Shown one piece after another: positions 1 through 13,700 of a stretch of DNA of 64,000 nucleotides. The translations under genes were made by a program, and so were the position numbers. Under the pieces are notes generated by a model. That model did no database searches. It was given only the letters and a program-made list of their open reading frames with translations, and was not told the DNA's origin. The stretch is taken from positions 372,001-436,000 of the forward strand of contig JASTWF010000288.1 in NCBI GenBank assembly GCA_030390025.1, given 5' to 3'. Positions within the stretch are counted from its first letter, which is position 1, and each line of letters opens with the position of its first letter. The DNA is from Squalus acanthias. Its lineage: Eukaryota.

Positions 1-3000
1 ACAAACATCTCTCCATTACCAATAAACAAACATCTGCCCATTACCAATAAACAAACATGTCTCCATTACCAATAAACAAACATCTCCCCATTACCAATAA
101 ACAAACATCTCCCCATTACCAATAAACAAACATCTCCCCATTACCAATAAACAAACATCTCCCCATTACCAATAAACAAAACTGTCTCCATTACCAATAA
201 ACAAACATGTCTCCATTACCAATAAACAAATATCTCTCCATTACCAATAAACAAACATCTCTCCATTACCAATAAACAAACATGTCTCCATTACCAATAA
301 ACAAATATCTCCCCATTACCAATAATCAAACATCTCTCCATTACCAATAAACAAACATCTCCCCATTACCAATAAAAAAACATCTCCCCATTACCAATAA
401 ACAAACACCTCCCCATTACCAATAAACAAACATCTCCCCATTACCAATGAACAAACATCTCCCCATTACCAATAAACAAACCTGTCTCCATTACCAATAA
501 ACAAACATCTCTCCATTACCAATAAACAAACATCTGCCCATTACCAATAAACAAACATGTCTCCATTACCAATAACAAACATCTCTCCATTACCAATAAA
601 CAAACATCTGCCCATTACAAATAAACAAACATCTCCCCATTACCAGTAAACAAACATGTCCCCATTACCAATAAACAAACATGTCCCCATTACCAATAAA
701 CAAACATCTCCCCATTACCAATAAACAAACATGTCCCCATTACCAATAAACAAACATCTCCCCATTACCAATAAACAAACATGTCCCCATTACGAATAAA
801 CAAACATCTCCCCATTACCAATAAACAAACATGTCCCCATTACCAATAAACAAACATCTCTCCATTACCAATAAACAAACATGTCCCCATTACCAATAAA
901 CAAACATCTCCCCATTACCAATAAACAAACATGTCCCCATTACCAATAAACAAACATCTCCCCATTACCAATAAACATACATCTCTCCATTACCAATAAA
1001 CAAATATCTCCCCATTACCAATAAACAAACATGTCCCCATTACCAATAAACAAACATGTCCCCATTACCAATAAACAAATATCTCCCCATTACCAATAAA
1101 CATACATCTCTCCATTACCAATAAACAAATATCTCCCCATTACCAATAAACAAACATGTCCCCATTACCAATAAACAAACATGTCTCCATTACCAATAAA
1201 CAAACATGTCCCCATTACCAATAAACAAACATCTCCCCAATACCAATAAACAAACAACTCCCCATTACCAATAAACAAACATCGCCCCATTACCAAGAAA
1301 CAAATATCTCCCCATTACCAATAAACAAACATCTCCCCATTACCAATAAACAAATATCTCCCCATTACCAATAAACAAACATCTCCCCTTTACCAATAAA
1401 CAAACAACTCCCCATTACCAATAAACAAACATGTCCCCATTACCAATAAACAAACATCTGCCCATTACCAATAAACAAACATGTCCTCATTACCAATAAA
1501 CAAACATCTCTCCATTACCAATAAACAAACATCTCCCCATTACCAATAAACAAACATCTCCCCATTACCAATAAACAAACATCTCTCCATTACCAATAAA
1601 CAAACATGTCTCCATTACCAATAAACAAATATCTCTCCATTACCAATAAACAAACATCTCTCCATTACCAATAAACAAACATCTCCCCATTACCAATAAA
1701 CAAACATGTCTCCATTACCAATAAACAAACATGTCCCCATTACCAATAAACAAACATCTCCCCATTACCAATAAACAAACATCTCTCCATTACAATAAAC
1801 AAACATCTCGCCATTACCAATAAACAAACATCTCTCCATTACCAATAAACAAACATGTCCCCATTACCAATAAACAAATATCTCCCCATTACCAATAAAC
1901 AAACATCTCCCCATTACCAATAAACAAACATCTCTCCATTACCAATAAACAAACATCTCTCCATTACCAATAAACAAACATGTCTCCATTACCAATAAAC
2001 AAATATCTCCCCATTACCAATAAAGAAACATCTCTCCATTACCAATAAACAAACATCTCCCCATTACCAATAAACAAACATGTCCCCATTACCAATAAAC
2101 AAATATCTCCCCATTACCAATAAACAAACATCTCCCCATTACCAATAAACAAACATCTCCCCATTACAAGTAAACAAACATCTCTCCATTACCAATAAAC
2201 AAATATCTCTCCATTACCAATAAACAAATATCTCTCCATTACCAATAAACAAATATCTCTCCATTACAAATAAACAAACATCTCCCCATTACCAATAAAC
2301 AAACATGTCCCCATTACCAATAAACAAACATGTCCCCATTACCAATAAACAAACATCTCTCCATTACAAATAAACAAACATCTCCCCATTACCAATAAAC
2401 AAACATGTCCCCATTACCAATAAACAAACATGTCCCCATTACCAATAAACAAACATCTCTCCATTACCAATAAACAAACATGTCCCCATTACCAATAAAC
2501 AAATATCTCCCCATTACCAATAAACAAATATCTCCCCATTACCAATAAACAAACATCTCCCCTTTACCAATAAACAAACAACTCCCCATTACCAATAAAC
2601 AAACATGTCCCCATTACCAATAAACAAACATCTGCCCATTACCAATAAACAAACATGTCCTCATTACCAATAAACAAACATCTCTCCATTACCTATAAAC
2701 AAACATCTCCCCATTGCCAATAAACAAACATCTCCCCATTACCAATAAACAAACATCTCTCCATTACCAATAAACAAACATGTCTCCATTACCAATAAAC
2801 AAATATCTCTCCATTACCAATAAACAAATATCTCTCCATTACCAATAAACAAACATCTCCCCATTACCAATAAACAAACATGTCTCCATTACCAATAAAC
2901 AAACATGTCCCCATTACCAATAAACAAACATCTCCCCATTACCAATAAACAAACATCTCTCCATTTACAATAAACAAACATCTCGCCATTACCAATAAAC

Positions 3001-3780
3001 AAACATCTCTCCATTACCAATAAACAAACATGTCCCCATTACCAATAAACAAATATCTCCCCATTACCAATAAACAAACATCTCCCCATTACCAATAAAC
3101 AAACATCTCTCCATTACCAATAAACAAACATCTCTCCATTACCAATAAACAAACATGTCTCCATTACCAATAAACAAATATCTCCCCATTACCAATAAAG
3201 AAACATCTCTCCATTACCAATAAACAAACATCTCCCCATTACCAATAAACAAACATGTCCCCATTACCAATAAACAAATATCTCCCCATTACCAATAAAC
3301 AAACATCTCCCCATTACCAATAAACAAACATCTCCCCATTACAAGTAAACAAACATCTCTCCATTACCAATAAACAAATATCTCTCCATTACCAATAAAC
3401 AAATATCTCTCCATTACCAATAAACAAATATCTCTCCATTACAAATAAACAAACATCTCCCCATTACCAATAAACAAACATGTCCCCATTACCAATAAAC
3501 AAACATGTCCCCATTACCAATAAACAAACATCTCTCCATTACAAATAAACAAACATCTCCCCATTACCAATAAACAAACATGTCCCCATTACCAATAAAC
3601 AAACATGTCCCCATTACCAATAAACAAACATCTCTCCATTACCAATAAACAAACATGTCCCCATTACCAATAAACAAATATCTCTCCATTACCAATAAAC
3701 AAACATGTCCCCATTACCAATAAACAAACATCTCGCCATTACCAAAACAGCTGCCTATTACCAATAACAAACATGTCCCC
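1..3780. repeat. 25-bp tandem satellite, consensus CCATTACCAATAAACAAACATCTCC (runs off the left edge)
   Basis: About 150 head-to-tail 25-bp units; variants concentrated in the TCTCC/TGTCC/TCTCT part; + strand almost G-free. Confidence 0.98.
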
Positions 3781-3920
3781 TGCAGAAAGCACGTACAATC
3801 TGGTTTTCTGTCAGTAATATCTATACAACACAATTGAATGAAAAAAGTTACACTATATATAGCAATGCTTTTCAAAGAGCAGAGAGGAACTGCAGATCGA
3901 TGTGTTATGGGTCCAACGAA

Positions 3921-4255
3921 GTACTGAGGGAGTGCTGCACTGTCCGAGGTGCCGACATTCGGATGAGACGTTAAACCGTGTCTGCTCTCTCAGGTAGACA
4001 TAAAAGATCCCATGGCACTATTTTGAAGAAAAGCAGGGGAGTTATCCCAGTGTCCTGGCCAGTGTTTATCCCTCAAAGAACATAACAAAAACAGGTTATC
4101 TGGTCATTTTCACATTGCTGTCTCTGGGAGCTTGCTGAGTGCAATTTGGCAGCTACATTTCAACAGTGACTCCACTTCAAAAGTACTTCATTGACTGTAA
4201 AGTGCTTTAGGACGTCCTGAGGTCGTGAAAGGGGCTATAGAAATGCGAGTCTTTG
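3921..4255 (+). mobile_element. 5'-truncated Deu-domain SINE (SacSINE1/AmnSINE1-like) with L2-type tail
   Basis: GTACTGAGGGAGTGCTGCACTGTC...GATGAGACGTTAAACCG...AAAGATCCCATGGCAC...CTGTAAAGTGCTTTAGGACGTCCTGAGGTCGTGAAAGG..TATAGAAATGC recognised from memory of this family; no tRNA head visible. Confidence 0.75.
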
Positions 4256-4440
4256 TTTTTCTTTGTCTGTCCTCTCACACCAACACGAGGAATTTCTGGC
4301 TCCCAAACAATGTAGTCAGAATTTTAATTGTCCACTGTCCTCACACACTGCAGCAATGTGAGAATGAGAGAACCCAATGAGATCAAAAATTTTCTACACC
4401 CGGCTCCTAATATTATAAAGGGAAATATCTGAATACTGAC

Positions 4441-4500
4441 CTGCGCAGATGCTTCTAACACCCTGTCATTCCTCTCAATAGTCGTCCTGGTCCTTGCAGC
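4441..4500 (-). other. Candidate 60-nt phase-0 exon of an unknown minus-strand gene (AARTRTTIERNDRVLEASAQ)
   Basis: Minus strand: GACTAAT branch-like motif, TTCTTCATTTCAAG acceptor, 60 nt open only in phase 0, CAG|GTCAGT donor; lies in non-repeat DNA. Confidence 0.35.
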
Positions 4501-4794
4501 CTTGAAATGAAGAACTGACATTAGTCAATAAATGTTGGCGTGACACTCCTTTACGCAGTCTTTGAAAACCAGCTAATCGCTTCAAATAAAATGGTGCATT
4601 TCTGTACGGGAACCATGGGCGGGGAATGCCATAGCAACATTTTCATCATTAGTCTGTTACTATCATAATCAGTAATTATGTACCTGCTGCTAAACATCGC
4701 GAACAGGTCAACTGTTCCATGCACCCTAAGGTAGAAGCACTGAATAATATTTCAACGGGTCTCTAATTATTGCCATAGCAATTCTCTGGAATTC

Positions 4795-5601
4795 AGTCTG
4801 GAGAAGTGTGAGGTAATGCATTTGGGGAGCGCTAACAAGGCAAGGGAATACACTATAAATGGTAGGACACTGAGAAGTGCAGAAGATCAGAGGGACCGTG
4901 GACTGCATGTCCACAGATCACTGAAGGTAGCAGACCAGGTAGATAAGGTGGTTAAGAAGGCATACAGAATGCTTGCCTTTATTAGCTGAGGCATAGAATA
5001 TAGAGCAGGGAGGTTATGCTTGAACTGATAAAACACTAGTTATGCCACAGCTAGATTACTGCGTGCAGTTCTGGCCACCACATTACAGGAAGGATGTGAT
5101 TGCACTAGAGAGGGTGCAGAGGAGATTTGTGAGGATGTTGCCTGGTCTGGGGAATTTTAGCAATGAGGAAAGATTGGATAGGCTGGGATTGTTTTCTTTG
5201 AAACAGAGAAGGCTGAGGGGGGACTTAATTGAGGTGTATAAAATTATGAGGGGCCCAGATAGAGTGGATAGGAAGGACCTATTTCTCTTAGCAGAAGGGT
5301 CAATAACCAGGGGGGCACCGATTTAAAGTAATTGGTCGGAGGTTTAGAGGGGATTTGAGGAGAATTTGTTGCACTCAGAGGATTGTGGGGGCTCTGGAAC
5401 TCACTGCCTGAAAGGGTGGTAGAGGCAGACTCCCTCATCACATTTAAAAATTACTTGGATATGCACTTGTAGTGCCGTAACCTACAGGGCTACAGACCAA
5501 GTGCTGGAAAGTGGGATAGGGGGGAAAGCTCTTTGTCGGCCGGCACGCACAAGATGGGCCGAATGGCCAACTTCTGTGCTGTAAATTTCTATGATTCTAT
5601 G
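4795..5601 (+). mobile_element. CR1 LINE 3' fragment
   Basis: ORF2 C-terminal motifs (LDYCVQFW, ERVQRRF, RLRGDLIEVYKI); tail TTCTATGATTCTATGA. Confidence 0.92.
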
Positions 5602-5669
5602 AACAATTAGCCCCTAATTGACCCATTTACAGCGAGGAGGCTTGTGACTTTAAAGGGGCAGGCCTTTTA

Positions 5670-5737
5670 CACATGTCTCCCATCCCTCCTCATCCTACTT
5701 GGCCTGTCTGCAGCCTTTGACACAGTTGATCACTCCA
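5670..5737 (+). mobile_element. L2 LINE RT fragment
   Basis: CTCATCCTACTTGGCCTGTCTGCAGCCTTTGACACAGTTGATCAC encodes L-S-A-A-F-D-T-V-D-H, an L2-type RT motif. Confidence 0.6.
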
Positions 5738-6287
5738 TAAGAACATAAGAAATAAGAGCAGGAGTAGGTCATATGGCCCCTCGAGCCTGCTCCGCCATTC
5801 AATAAGATCATGGCTGATCATCGACCTCAACTCCACTTTCCCACCTGATCTCCATATCCCGTGATTCCCCGAGAGTCCAAAAATCTATCGATCTCAACCC
5901 TGAATATACTCAATGACTCAGCATCCACAGCCCTCTGGGGCAGAGAATTCCAAAGATTCACAACCCTCTGAGTGAAGAAATTCCTCCTCATCTCAGTCTT
6001 AAAGACAACAAAAAGTAACTAAAGGATTGATTAAGAAAGGGAAAATAGACTATGAAAATAAATTAGCAAAAAATATAAAAACAGATAGCAAGAGTTTCTA
6101 TAGTTATATAAAAAGAAAAAGGGTGGTTAAGGCAAATGTAGGTCCCTTAGAAGATGAGACCGGGAAATTAATGGTGGGAAACATGGAGATGGCAAAAATT
6201 CTGAACAAATATTTTGTTTCAGTCTTTACGGTAGAGGACACTCAGAATATCCCAAACACTGGACAAACAGGGGGCTCTAGTGGGGGA

Positions 6288-7921
6288 TGTAGAATTCGCA
6301 ATATTAATCGCGATTTTATAAATAAGGAGGAGACACATAGTTTCGTACAAACAGCTTTATTTCAGCAGAATGCTGTCAGGTTTTCAAAGTGGACACAAGC
6401 AGCCTGTAAAATGACCGCCACGCCTCGTGGCAGAACGTTCTAGACTTTTCGATAAGCAGACAAGATGGCGTTCCAATAAACACTTGTGCGAGATCGGACA
6501 AGACTCAGCACATTTGAGATAAATCACAAGACATAATGGGTTTGCATTTTACACATAAATACTGGAATCGGTCTCCCAGGTGCGAATAAGGGCTATTGTA
6601 CCAAGCGATCAAGAACCCATCCAAAGACATTAATATGCAAAATCCCCACGACTCTACGATGAGAGAGCCGTTTGCGGGTAGTTACAGAAACATTTGGAAG
6701 CCCCAAAAGCCCTCCAGGGAGAATACTGACCGGTGACACAATGGGAGAAGTATTAACGGGTACTCAGGCAGTTACAAGTATCACCGAAACCCATTAAAAC
6801 GGAGATCACCCTATACAAGAAGTTTGAGCGCCAAAACCCTGACAAAAGAAAAGACATTAAGATTGGGCGGGAAAAGAGAAATTACAACCGTCCATCTGTC
6901 TCTTGACTCTTGATCTTGACTCCTTGCCGCTCGACTTGCTGGAAGACTATTGAACTTTCTGATCCGCCAGGATCAACCTCGTGGCTTGCCGCGAAGATCT
7001 GTGTGGAACTGGGCTGTGAAGCCTTGAAACGGGCACACCATCCCGAGAAGTCGGTAAACGGTGTTGGAACCGAAGGCCCGAGATGAGATGAGATGAGATG
7101 AGATGAGAAGAGAAGAAGACGACCATACGTATCGCCACGGTCAGTAAGCCCCGACCGCGCCTGTAGGTCGAATAAACACTTTCTTGCCCAGGAAGACTAT
7201 TCTTTGAGTTTTACAAACTGGCGTGAGGGCACAGGAAGACCATTCTTCGAGTTTTATCGCATCGGGGCGAGGGCACAGGAAGACTATTTTTCGAGTCGTG
7301 TCGGAACTCCGAGGACAACACAGATCTTCATGACAGCAGACGGTCCAGCCTGCTAGCCGGAGCAGAAACGAGTAAACAAGTGGGGTACAGAGACCCCTGA
7401 TCAACACGTGGGTGGTCAGGTGCTGCGGTAAAAACATCCGAGCAGAGTTTCGGAATTCTCCGAGTTATCACGAGTGGTGAGCATGAGTCTCGATCCTACA
7501 AATCTAGTTTAGGGCAGGTATTGATAGGGGAGGGTTTAAGTTTTAAGGATAATTGTAATGTGTGCCCCCTTTTACGATGTGTCGTGCGCTCCTCGTTTCC
7601 CTAAAATTAGTTACATAACTGCGTGTAAGATTGTACTGTCATTAATCTGTGCTTATGACATGTATTTCGTAATCTTGAATAATATGCAATAAAGATTTTC
7701 CATTTCGCACTATTCAACCGGGTCTACCTGAGTTTTTCTCTGCATTATTGCTCTCGCATCTAAGTCCAGTGTCAGAACCGTAAGGGCGAGTGGGTCGAAC
7801 CACTCACAGGTGTTTAGTGCTACCAGGCTGGCTGGAGACCAGAACAGGCAACAAGGCCTAACCCCGCACTAGCACCCAGGCTACGCACAGAGCCTCAGGC
7901 GTGCCACACAAAACCCTTACA
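6288..7921 (+). mobile_element. Solo LTR (1634 bp) of an LTR retrotransposon or ERV
   Basis: TG...CA ends (TGTAGA...CTTACA); 4-bp TSD GGGA; AATAAA near 7688; cleanly interrupts CR1 ORF2; no internal gag/pol. Confidence 0.85.
7080..7106. repeat. (GAGAT)n microsatellite within the LTR
   Basis: GAGATGAGATGAGATGAGATGAGATGA. Confidence 0.9.
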
Positions 7922-10614
7922 GGGAGGAGCTAAATACGATTAAAATTACTAAGGAATTGGTACTCAGTAAAATAATGGGACTCAAGCCAGATAAATCCCC
8001 TGGACCTGATAGCTTACATCCTAGGGTCTTGCGGGAAGTGGCAGTAGGAATTGTGGATGCTTTGGTAATAATTTTCCAAAACTCCCTGAACTCAGCAAAG
8101 GTCCCGGCAGATTGGAAAACTGCTAATGTAACACCCTTATTTAAAAAGGGTTGTAGGCAGAAGGCTGGAAATTATAGACCAGTTAGCCTAACATCTGTGG
8201 TGGGTAAAATTTTGGAGTCTATTATTAAGGAGACAGTAACGGAACATTTAGATAAACATAATTTAATAGGACAAAGTCAGCATGGCTTTATGAAGGGGAA
8301 GTCACGTCTGACAAATTTGCTCGAGTTCTTTGAGGACATAACGTACAGGGTGGATAAAGGGGAACCAGTGGATGTAGTGTATTTAGACTTCCAGAAGGCA
8401 TTCGACAAGGTGCCACATAAAAGATTATTACTCAAGATAAAAAATCACTGGATTGGGGGTAATATTCTGGCATGGGTGGAGGATTGGTTATCTAACAGGA
8501 AGCAGAGAGTTGGGATAAATGGTTCATTCTCGGACTGGCAACCAGTAGCCAGTGGTGTTCCACAGGGGTCGGTGCTGGGTCCCCAACTCTTTACAATCTA
8601 TATTAACGATTTGGAGGAGGGGACCGAGTGTAACATATCAAAGTTTGCAGATTATACAAAGATGGGAGGGAAAGTAGAGAGTGAGGAGGACATAAAAAAC
8701 CTACAAGGGGATATAGACAGGCTGGGAGAGTGGGCAGAGATTTGGCAGATGCAATACAATATTGGAAAATGTGAGGTTATGCACTTTGGCAGGAAAAATC
8801 AGAGAGCAAGTTATTATCTTAATGGCGAGAAACTGGAAAGTACTGCAGTACAAAGGGATCTGGGGGTCATGTGCAAGAAAATCAAAAAGTTAGTATGCAG
8901 GTGCAGCAGGTGATCAAGAAAGCCAATGGAATGTTGGCTTTTATTGCTAGGGGGATAGAATATAAAAACAGGGAGGTATTGCTGCAGTTGTATAGGGTAT
9001 TGGTGAGACCGCACCTGGAGTACTGCATACAGTTTTGGTGTCCATACTTAAGAAAAGACATACTTGCTCTCGAGGCAGTACAAAGAAGGTTCACTCGGTT
9101 AATTTCGGGATGAGGGGGTGGACATACGAGGAGAGGTTGAGTAGATTGGGACTCTACTCATTGGAGTTCAGAAGAATGAGAGGCGATCTTATTGAAACAT
9201 ATAAGATTGTGAAGGGGCTTGATCGGGTGGACGCGGTGAGGATGTTCCCAATGATGGGTGAAACTAGAACTAGGGGACATAATCTTAGAATAAGGGGCTC
9301 CTCTTTCAAAACTGAGATGAGGAGAAACTTTTTCACTCAGAGGGTAGTGGGTCTGTGGAATTTGCTACCCCAGGAAGCTGTGGAAGCTACTTCATTAAAT
9401 AAATTTAAAACAGAAATAGACCGTTTCCTAGAAGTAAAGGGAATCAGGGTTTACGGGGAGCGGGTTGGAAATTGGACATGAGTTTCAGTTCGGATCGGTC
9501 AAGGCCCTGTGGGTGGCGGAGCCGAGTGGCCTGGTCCTGCTCCTGCTTCTTGTGTTCTTTAGAGTTGAGGTTGGATCAGATCAGCCATGATCTCATTGAA
9601 TGGCGGAGCAGGCTCGAGGGGCCGATTGATCTACTCCTGCTCCTATTTCTTATGTTCTTATGTTCTTATGTAAATGGCCTACCCCTTATCCTGACACTGT
9701 GCCCCCTAGTTCTAGACACTCCAGCCAGGGGAAACAACCTCTCAGCATCTACCCTGTCAATCCCCTTCAGAATCTTGTATGTTTCAATGAGATCACCTCT
9801 CATTCTTTTAAACTCCAGAGAGTATAGGTCCATTCTACACAATTTCTCATCATAGGACAGCCCTCTCATCCCAGAAATCAATCTAGTGAACCTTCGTTGC
9901 ACCGCCTCCAAGGCAAGTATATCTTTCCTTAGATAAGGAGACCAAAACTGTGCACAGTACTCCAGGTGTGGTCTCACCAAGGCCCTGTACAATTGTAGCA
10001 AGACTTCCTTACTCTTATACTCCAACCCCCTTTGCATTAAAGGCCAACATGCCATCTGCCTTCCTTATTGCTTGATGTACCTGCATGCTAGCTCTCTGTG
10101 TTTCTTGCACGAGGACACCCAAATCACTCTGAACACCAACATTTGAAAGTTTCTCACCATTTAAAAAATATTCTGTTTTTCTATTCTTCCTACCAAAGTG
10201 AATAACCTCACATTTCCCTCCATTATACTCCATCTGCCACCTTACTGCCCACTCACTTAGTCTGTCTATATACCTTTGCAGACTCTGTGTTATCCTCACA
10301 GCTTACTGTCCCACCTAGATTTGTATCAGCAAACTTAGATACATTACACTCTGTCCCTTCATCAAGGTCATTAATATAGATTATAAATAGCCGAGGCCCC
10401 AACACTGACCCTTGCGGCTCCCCACTAGTTACAGCCTGCCAACCTGAAAAAGATCCGTTTCGCCCTACTCTCTGTTTTCTGTCCGTCAACCAGTCCTCTA
10501 TACAATCCTCAACATATTACTCCCAACCCCATGAGCCCATATCTTGTCTAATAACCTTTTATGTGGCACCTTATCGAATGCCTTTTGGAAATCCAAAATA
10601 TACTACAACCACTG

Positions 10615-10790
10615 GTTCTCCTTTTGCTTTGTACAATCATACCTTCTTGTCACGTAATCTCTCCTATCTTCCACCCTAGCACAGACCTTCCTTTTTTGTT
10701 CTTTCCTCCCCTCCCCTTTCCCTGCCTCTGCACTTGCTTAAAATCCATTACATCTCTAACTTCTTCCAGTTCTGATGAAAGGTTAACTCG
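10615..10790 (+). mobile_element. Penelope-like element 3' remnant
   Basis: Pyrimidine-rich end similar to 60840-60910, ending TTCTGATGAAAGG-TTAACTC. Confidence 0.55.
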
Positions 10791-13700
10791 GTTTCATGGA
10801 AGGAGAAAAACAAAAGTAGAAGGCAAAGAACTCAACGGTTTAAATCAAACATGGTCACAGTAAATAATAATTCATATAGGTCTGAGAGCATTAAAAAAAC
10901 AAGCCTGAAGGCTTTGTGTCTTAATGCAAGGAGCATTCGGAACAAGGTGGATGAATTAGCTGCGCAAATAGAGGTAAATGAATACGATTTGATTGGGATC
11001 ACAGAAACATGGCTCCAGGGTGGCCAAGGCTGGGAACTCAACATCCAGGGTTATTCAATATTTAGGAAAGATAGGCAAAAAAGAAAGGGAGGTGGGGTAG
11101 CATTGCTGGTTAAAGAGGGGATTAACACAATTGAAAGGAAGGATATTGGCCCAGAAATTTGACTCGGAGGCTTGCCGCGGGGGTAAGGATCTTGCGCGAT
11201 ATCACACTCCGCGCCGGCCGTTGTATTTCGGGCCCACAGGAACTTCGGGTCCTGGGCCTCTCCCTGGTGCCGGCGCGCAGTGTGTGCGTGTCCCAGAGGC
11301 GCAGTTAGTGCGATGCGACCTCTGGGATCACGTGGGCCATGGAGAGCCAATGGCAGCAGACTATCTTTCATTCATCGATTTGACATGAGACCTGTCAAAT
11401 CTATGAATACAAATTGCCCCCAAAAGAACAGCTAAACCTCAAATAATTTTTTTTTAAAAACCATCACATTAATAAAATAACTATAGTTAAATAAATTAAC
11501 CACTTTAAACAAAAATTTAAATTTGAAAAAATTTAAATTCTTTTTAAAAGTTATAAAAATAAACTTACCTTTCTTTAAAGTCTCTAAAAAAGATAAACCT
11601 GTTGAAAAAAATTTAAAATTATACTTAATTAGCTACTTACCTTGTTAAAAGGGGGTCTTACGCCTCCTTTTTTCATGTGTAAAATCTTCAACACTTACCC
11701 TCGCGTTGAAACCTGAAAAAAAACCTAAGTGTGCTGCGTGCGCACAGCCTGTAGTGCGCATGCGGTTCACCTAGGAACCGCCCCCTTCGCCATACCGGAA
11801 GTGCCGGTTTCCCGCGCATGCGCAGTGCATGCAGGAAATCGGCACTTCGGGATCTAATACGGGTGAGTACACAGTGCGTACTCTCCCGTATTAGGCCGAA
11901 TTTTTGGGCCATTAGCTCTGATGATGCGGAATCTGTATGGGTAGAACTGAGAAATAACAAGGGGCAGAAAACGTTAGTGGGAGTGGTATATAGACCTCCA
12001 AACAGTAATACGGAGGTTGGGGACGGCATTAAAAGGCAAATTGGAGAAGCATGCAGTAAGGGCACAGCAGTCATCATGGGTGACTTTAATTTACATATAG
12101 ATTGGGCAAACCAAATTAGTAAAAATACTGTGGAGGAGGAATTCCTAGAATGTTTACGGGATGATTTTCTGGAACAATATGTCGAGGAACCAACCAGAGA
12201 TCAGGCCATCTTAGCCTGGGTATTATGTAACAAGAAAGGATTAATTAGCAATCTTGTTGTACGAGGCCCCTTGGGTCAGGGTGATCATAATATGATAGAA
12301 TTCTTCATTAGGATGGAGAGTGAAGTAGTTGAATCAGAGACTCGGGTCCTGAAATTAAATAAAGGAAACTACGATGGTATGAGGCGTGAATTGGGTAGGA
12401 TTGATTGGGGAATGTCACTCAAAGGGTTGACGGTGGATAGGCAATGGCAAACATTCAAAGACTGTATGGATGAACTACAGAATTTGTTCATCCCAGTGTG
12501 GCATAAGAATAAAACAAAAAGGGTGACTCAACCGTGGCTAACAAGGGAAATTAGGGATAGCATAAGATTCAAGGAGAGGGCATATAAATTGGCCAGAAAA
12601 AGCAGTAACCCTGAGGATTGGGAGCAGTTTAGGATTCAACAAAGGAGGACAAAGGGATTAATTAAGAAGGGGAAAATAGAATATGAAAGTAAGCTTGCTG
12701 GGAACATAAAAACTGACTGTAAAAGCTTTTATAGATATGCGAAGAGAAAAAGATTAGTGAAATCAAGTGTAGCTCCCTTGCAGTCAGAAGCGGGGGAGGT
12801 TATAGTGGGGAACAAAGAAATGGCAGCCCAATTAAATGCATATTTTGGTTCTGTCTTCACAAAGGAGGATGCAAATAACCTCCCAGAGATGTTGGAGAAC
12901 ATATGGTCTGATGAAAGGGAGGAACTGAAAGAAATAGCTGAGCACTTGAAAAACAGTGACAGGATCGGACAAAGTCAACATGGATTTACAAAAGGTAAAT
13001 CGTGCTTGACTAATCTACTGGAATTTTTTGAGGATGTAACTGGGAAAATAGATAAGGGAGAACCAGTAGATATGGTGTATTTGGACTTTCAAAAGGCTTT
13101 CGATAAGGTCCCACATAAGAGATTAGCGTGTAAAGTTAAGGCACATGGGATTGGGGGCAAGGTATTGACTTGGATAGAGAACTGGTTGGCGGACAGAAAG
13201 CAGAGAGTAGAAATGAATGGGTCTTTTGCCGAGTGGCAAGCAGTGACTAGTGGAGTACCGCAGGGATCGGTCCTTGGACCCCAGCTATTCACAATATACA
13301 TTAATGATCTAGATAAGGGAACTAAATGTAATATCTCCAAGTTTGCAGATGACACAAAGCTGGGTGGGAGTGTGTGCTGCGAGGAGGATACCGAGAAACT
13401 CCAGGATGATTTGGACAGGTTGGGTGAGTGGGCAGAAGCGTGGCAGATGCAATATAACGTGGATAAATGCAAGGTTATCCACTTTGGTGTCAAACACAAA
13501 AAGGCAGACTATTATCTGAATGGCAATAGATTGGGAGAAGGGGAAGTGCAACGAGACCTGGGTGTCCTTGTGCACCAGTCGCTGAAGGTAAGCATGCAGG
13601 TGCAGCATGCGGTGAAGAAGGCAAATGGTATGTTGGCCTTCATAGCGAAAGGGTTTGAGTATAGGAACAGGGATGTCCTGCTGCAGTTGTACAGGGCCTT

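Larger units (their letters stand above)
6004..9670 (+). mobile_element. 5'-truncated CR1 LINE (ORF2 pseudogene), TSD TAAA, itself interrupted by a solo LTR
   Basis: ORFs 6027-, 7957-8913 (KSPGPD, YLDFQKAFDKV, GVPQGS, FAD), 8871-, 9035-; tail (TTCTTATG)n; TAAA at 6000-6003 and 9671-9674. Confidence 0.92.
5738..10612 (-). mobile_element. CR1 LINE on minus strand, split into 5738-6003 and 9671-10612 by a nested CR1
   Basis: 3' tail ATAAGAACATAAGAA at 5738; RT/C-terminal ORFs 9666-10489 on minus strand; sequence rejoins across the insertion as CAGTCTTAAATGGCC. Confidence 0.88.

Noticed and set aside
10770-10790. Hammerhead ribozyme (CTGATGA) of a Penelope-like end
   Set aside because: Stem II and the GAAA half appear deleted; the equivalent region is also missing from the element at about 60905
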